Assembly (NCBI RefSeq): GCF_003334335.1
Contig: NZ_QOWQ01000217.1
Length of the DNA stretch: 334 nucleotides
Direction: 5' to 3' (one strand)
From: Escherichia coli
GTDB taxonomy: Bacteria > Pseudomonadota > Gammaproteobacteria > Enterobacterales > Enterobacteriaceae
The translations under genes and the position numbers were made by a program. Shown piece after piece: positions 1-334 of this stretch. Under the pieces are notes generated by a model. It ran no database searches, had not been told where the DNA came from, and was given only the letters and a program-made list of their open reading frames with translations. Each line of letters begins with the position of its first letter. The first letter of the stretch is position 1.

Positions 1-334
1 GTCCGGTGGCCATCACGCCCTATACCCTGATGCAGGCCATTGCGGCGGAAGGTGATGTCACCACACCGGTGGTGGTGAAGCCGTCGGATGGAGAAGGCAC
101 AGTTATCAGCACCACCAGCGAACCGGAGTATTACTTTGTTGTTGTTCTGGCGGGGCAGTCAAACTCAATGTCTTTTGGTGAAGGGCTGCCGCTGCCGGAT
201 ACATATGACCGTCCGGACCCGCGTATTAAACAGCTGGCGCGTCGCAGTACGGTGACGCCGGGTGGTGTCGCCTGTAAATATAACGACATCATTCCGGCGG
301 ACCATTGTCTGCATGATGTACAGGACATGAGCCG
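1..334 (+). CDS. nanS: Internal fragment (5' and 3' ends outside the window) of an SGNH-hydrolase / sialate O-acetylesterase (SASA)-family protein, most likely a NanS-like 9-O-acetyl-N-acetylneuraminate esterase, possibly the prophage-type (NanS-p) form with an N-terminal extension
   Basis: Seen in sequence: the frame starting at nt 3 is open to nt 334 with no stop codon (first full codon 3-5, last full codon 330-332). Translation: PVAITPYTLMQAIAAEGDVTTPVVVKPSDGEGTVISTTSEPEYYFVVVLAGQSNSMSFGEGLPLPDTYDRPDPRIKQLARRSTVTPGGVACKYNDIIPADHCLHDVQDMS. Both other + frames hit stops within the first ~55 nt (tga at 28-30 in frame 1; tga at 53-55 in frame 2). Established knowledge: hydrophobic beta-strand followed by GQSN(A/S)M is the block-I nucleophile motif of SASA/SGNH esterases. 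The GEGLPLPD...DPRIKQLARRSTVTPGG...C.YNDIIPADHCLHDVQDMS stretch matches my recollection of E. coli NanS/YjhS-family proteins; this is recalled, not searched. Codon usage (ctg, ccg, gcg, cgt, ggt favoured) looks enterobacterial. The strand and frame are well supported; the specific NanS assignment is less certain. Confidence 0.8.
51..128 (+). other. Low-complexity Thr/Val/Pro/Ser-rich segment (GDVTTPVVVKPSDGEGTVISTTSEPE), putative interdomain linker upstream of the esterase core
   Basis: Seen in sequence: codons 17-42 of the open frame are dominated by T, V, P, S, G, E and D with no long hydrophobic run, directly preceding the first beta-strand of the esterase domain. Inference: this composition is typical of flexible linkers between domains and suggests another domain is encoded upstream of the window. 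Confidence 0.4.
153..164 (+). other. GQSN active-site motif (SGNH block I); putative catalytic nucleophile Ser encoded by tca at 159-161
   Basis: Seen in sequence: ggg cag tca aac at 153-164 encodes G-Q-S-N, immediately after the hydrophobic run YYFVVVLA (codons at 129-152). Established knowledge: in SASA/SGNH esterases the Ser of this motif is the nucleophile. The downstream catalytic Asp/His block lies beyond the window and cannot be confirmed. Confidence 0.7.

Noticed and set aside
30-32. In-frame ATG (Met10) as a possible start of the + strand gene; likewise the ATGs at 168-170 and 327-329
   Set aside because: No convincing Shine-Dalgarno sequence lies 5-10 nt upstream of any of them. 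The ATGs at 168 and 327 are downstream of the catalytic Ser and would give a non-functional protein. The frame is also open upstream of 30-32 to the window edge, so that ATG cannot be fully excluded as the true start, but continuation upstream is favoured.
69-77. Trinucleotide tandem repeats (gtg)x3 at 69-77 and (gtt)x3 at 138-146 as possible slipped-strand or phase-variation tracts
   Set aside because: They are only three units long, in frame, and simply encode Val-Val-Val runs in a linker and a beta-strand. That is too short to be a credible contingency locus.
131-328. 65-aa minus-strand ORF from the supplied six-frame track
   Set aside because: It is antisense to a + strand frame that carries a canonical SGNH/SASA catalytic motif and is open across the whole window. 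Its translation is low-complexity with no recognisable domain, so it is most likely a shadow ORF.
1-334. Promoters, terminators, CRISPR repeats, tRNA/ncRNA or mobile-element inverted repeats
   Set aside because: I found no AT-rich -10/-35-like region, no GC-rich hairpin followed by a T-tract, and no direct or inverted repeats of meaningful length. Composition is uniformly coding-like throughout.

Overview
The whole 334-bp window is an internal piece of one protein-coding gene on the + strand (reading frame starting at nt 3, no stop codon in about 110 codons, running off both edges). The translation contains the sequence YYFVVVLAGQSNSMSFGEG, which has the GQSN nucleophile motif of the SGNH-hydrolase / sialate O-acetylesterase (SASA) family. 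From memory, not a database search, it most resembles the enterobacterial NanS (YjhS) 9-O-acetyl-sialic-acid esterase family. The esterase core is preceded by at least 42 in-frame codons, including a Thr/Val/Pro/Ser-rich linker-like stretch, which fits the longer prophage-encoded NanS-p-type architecture rather than the short chromosomal NanS. The only ORF in the supplied track (131..328, minus strand, 65 aa) lies antisense to this conserved core and is most likely a shadow ORF. I see no RNA gene, CRISPR array, mobile-element terminus, promoter or terminator. Nothing in this window supports a novel multi-gene system; the interesting questions concern the flanking sequence, which I cannot see.
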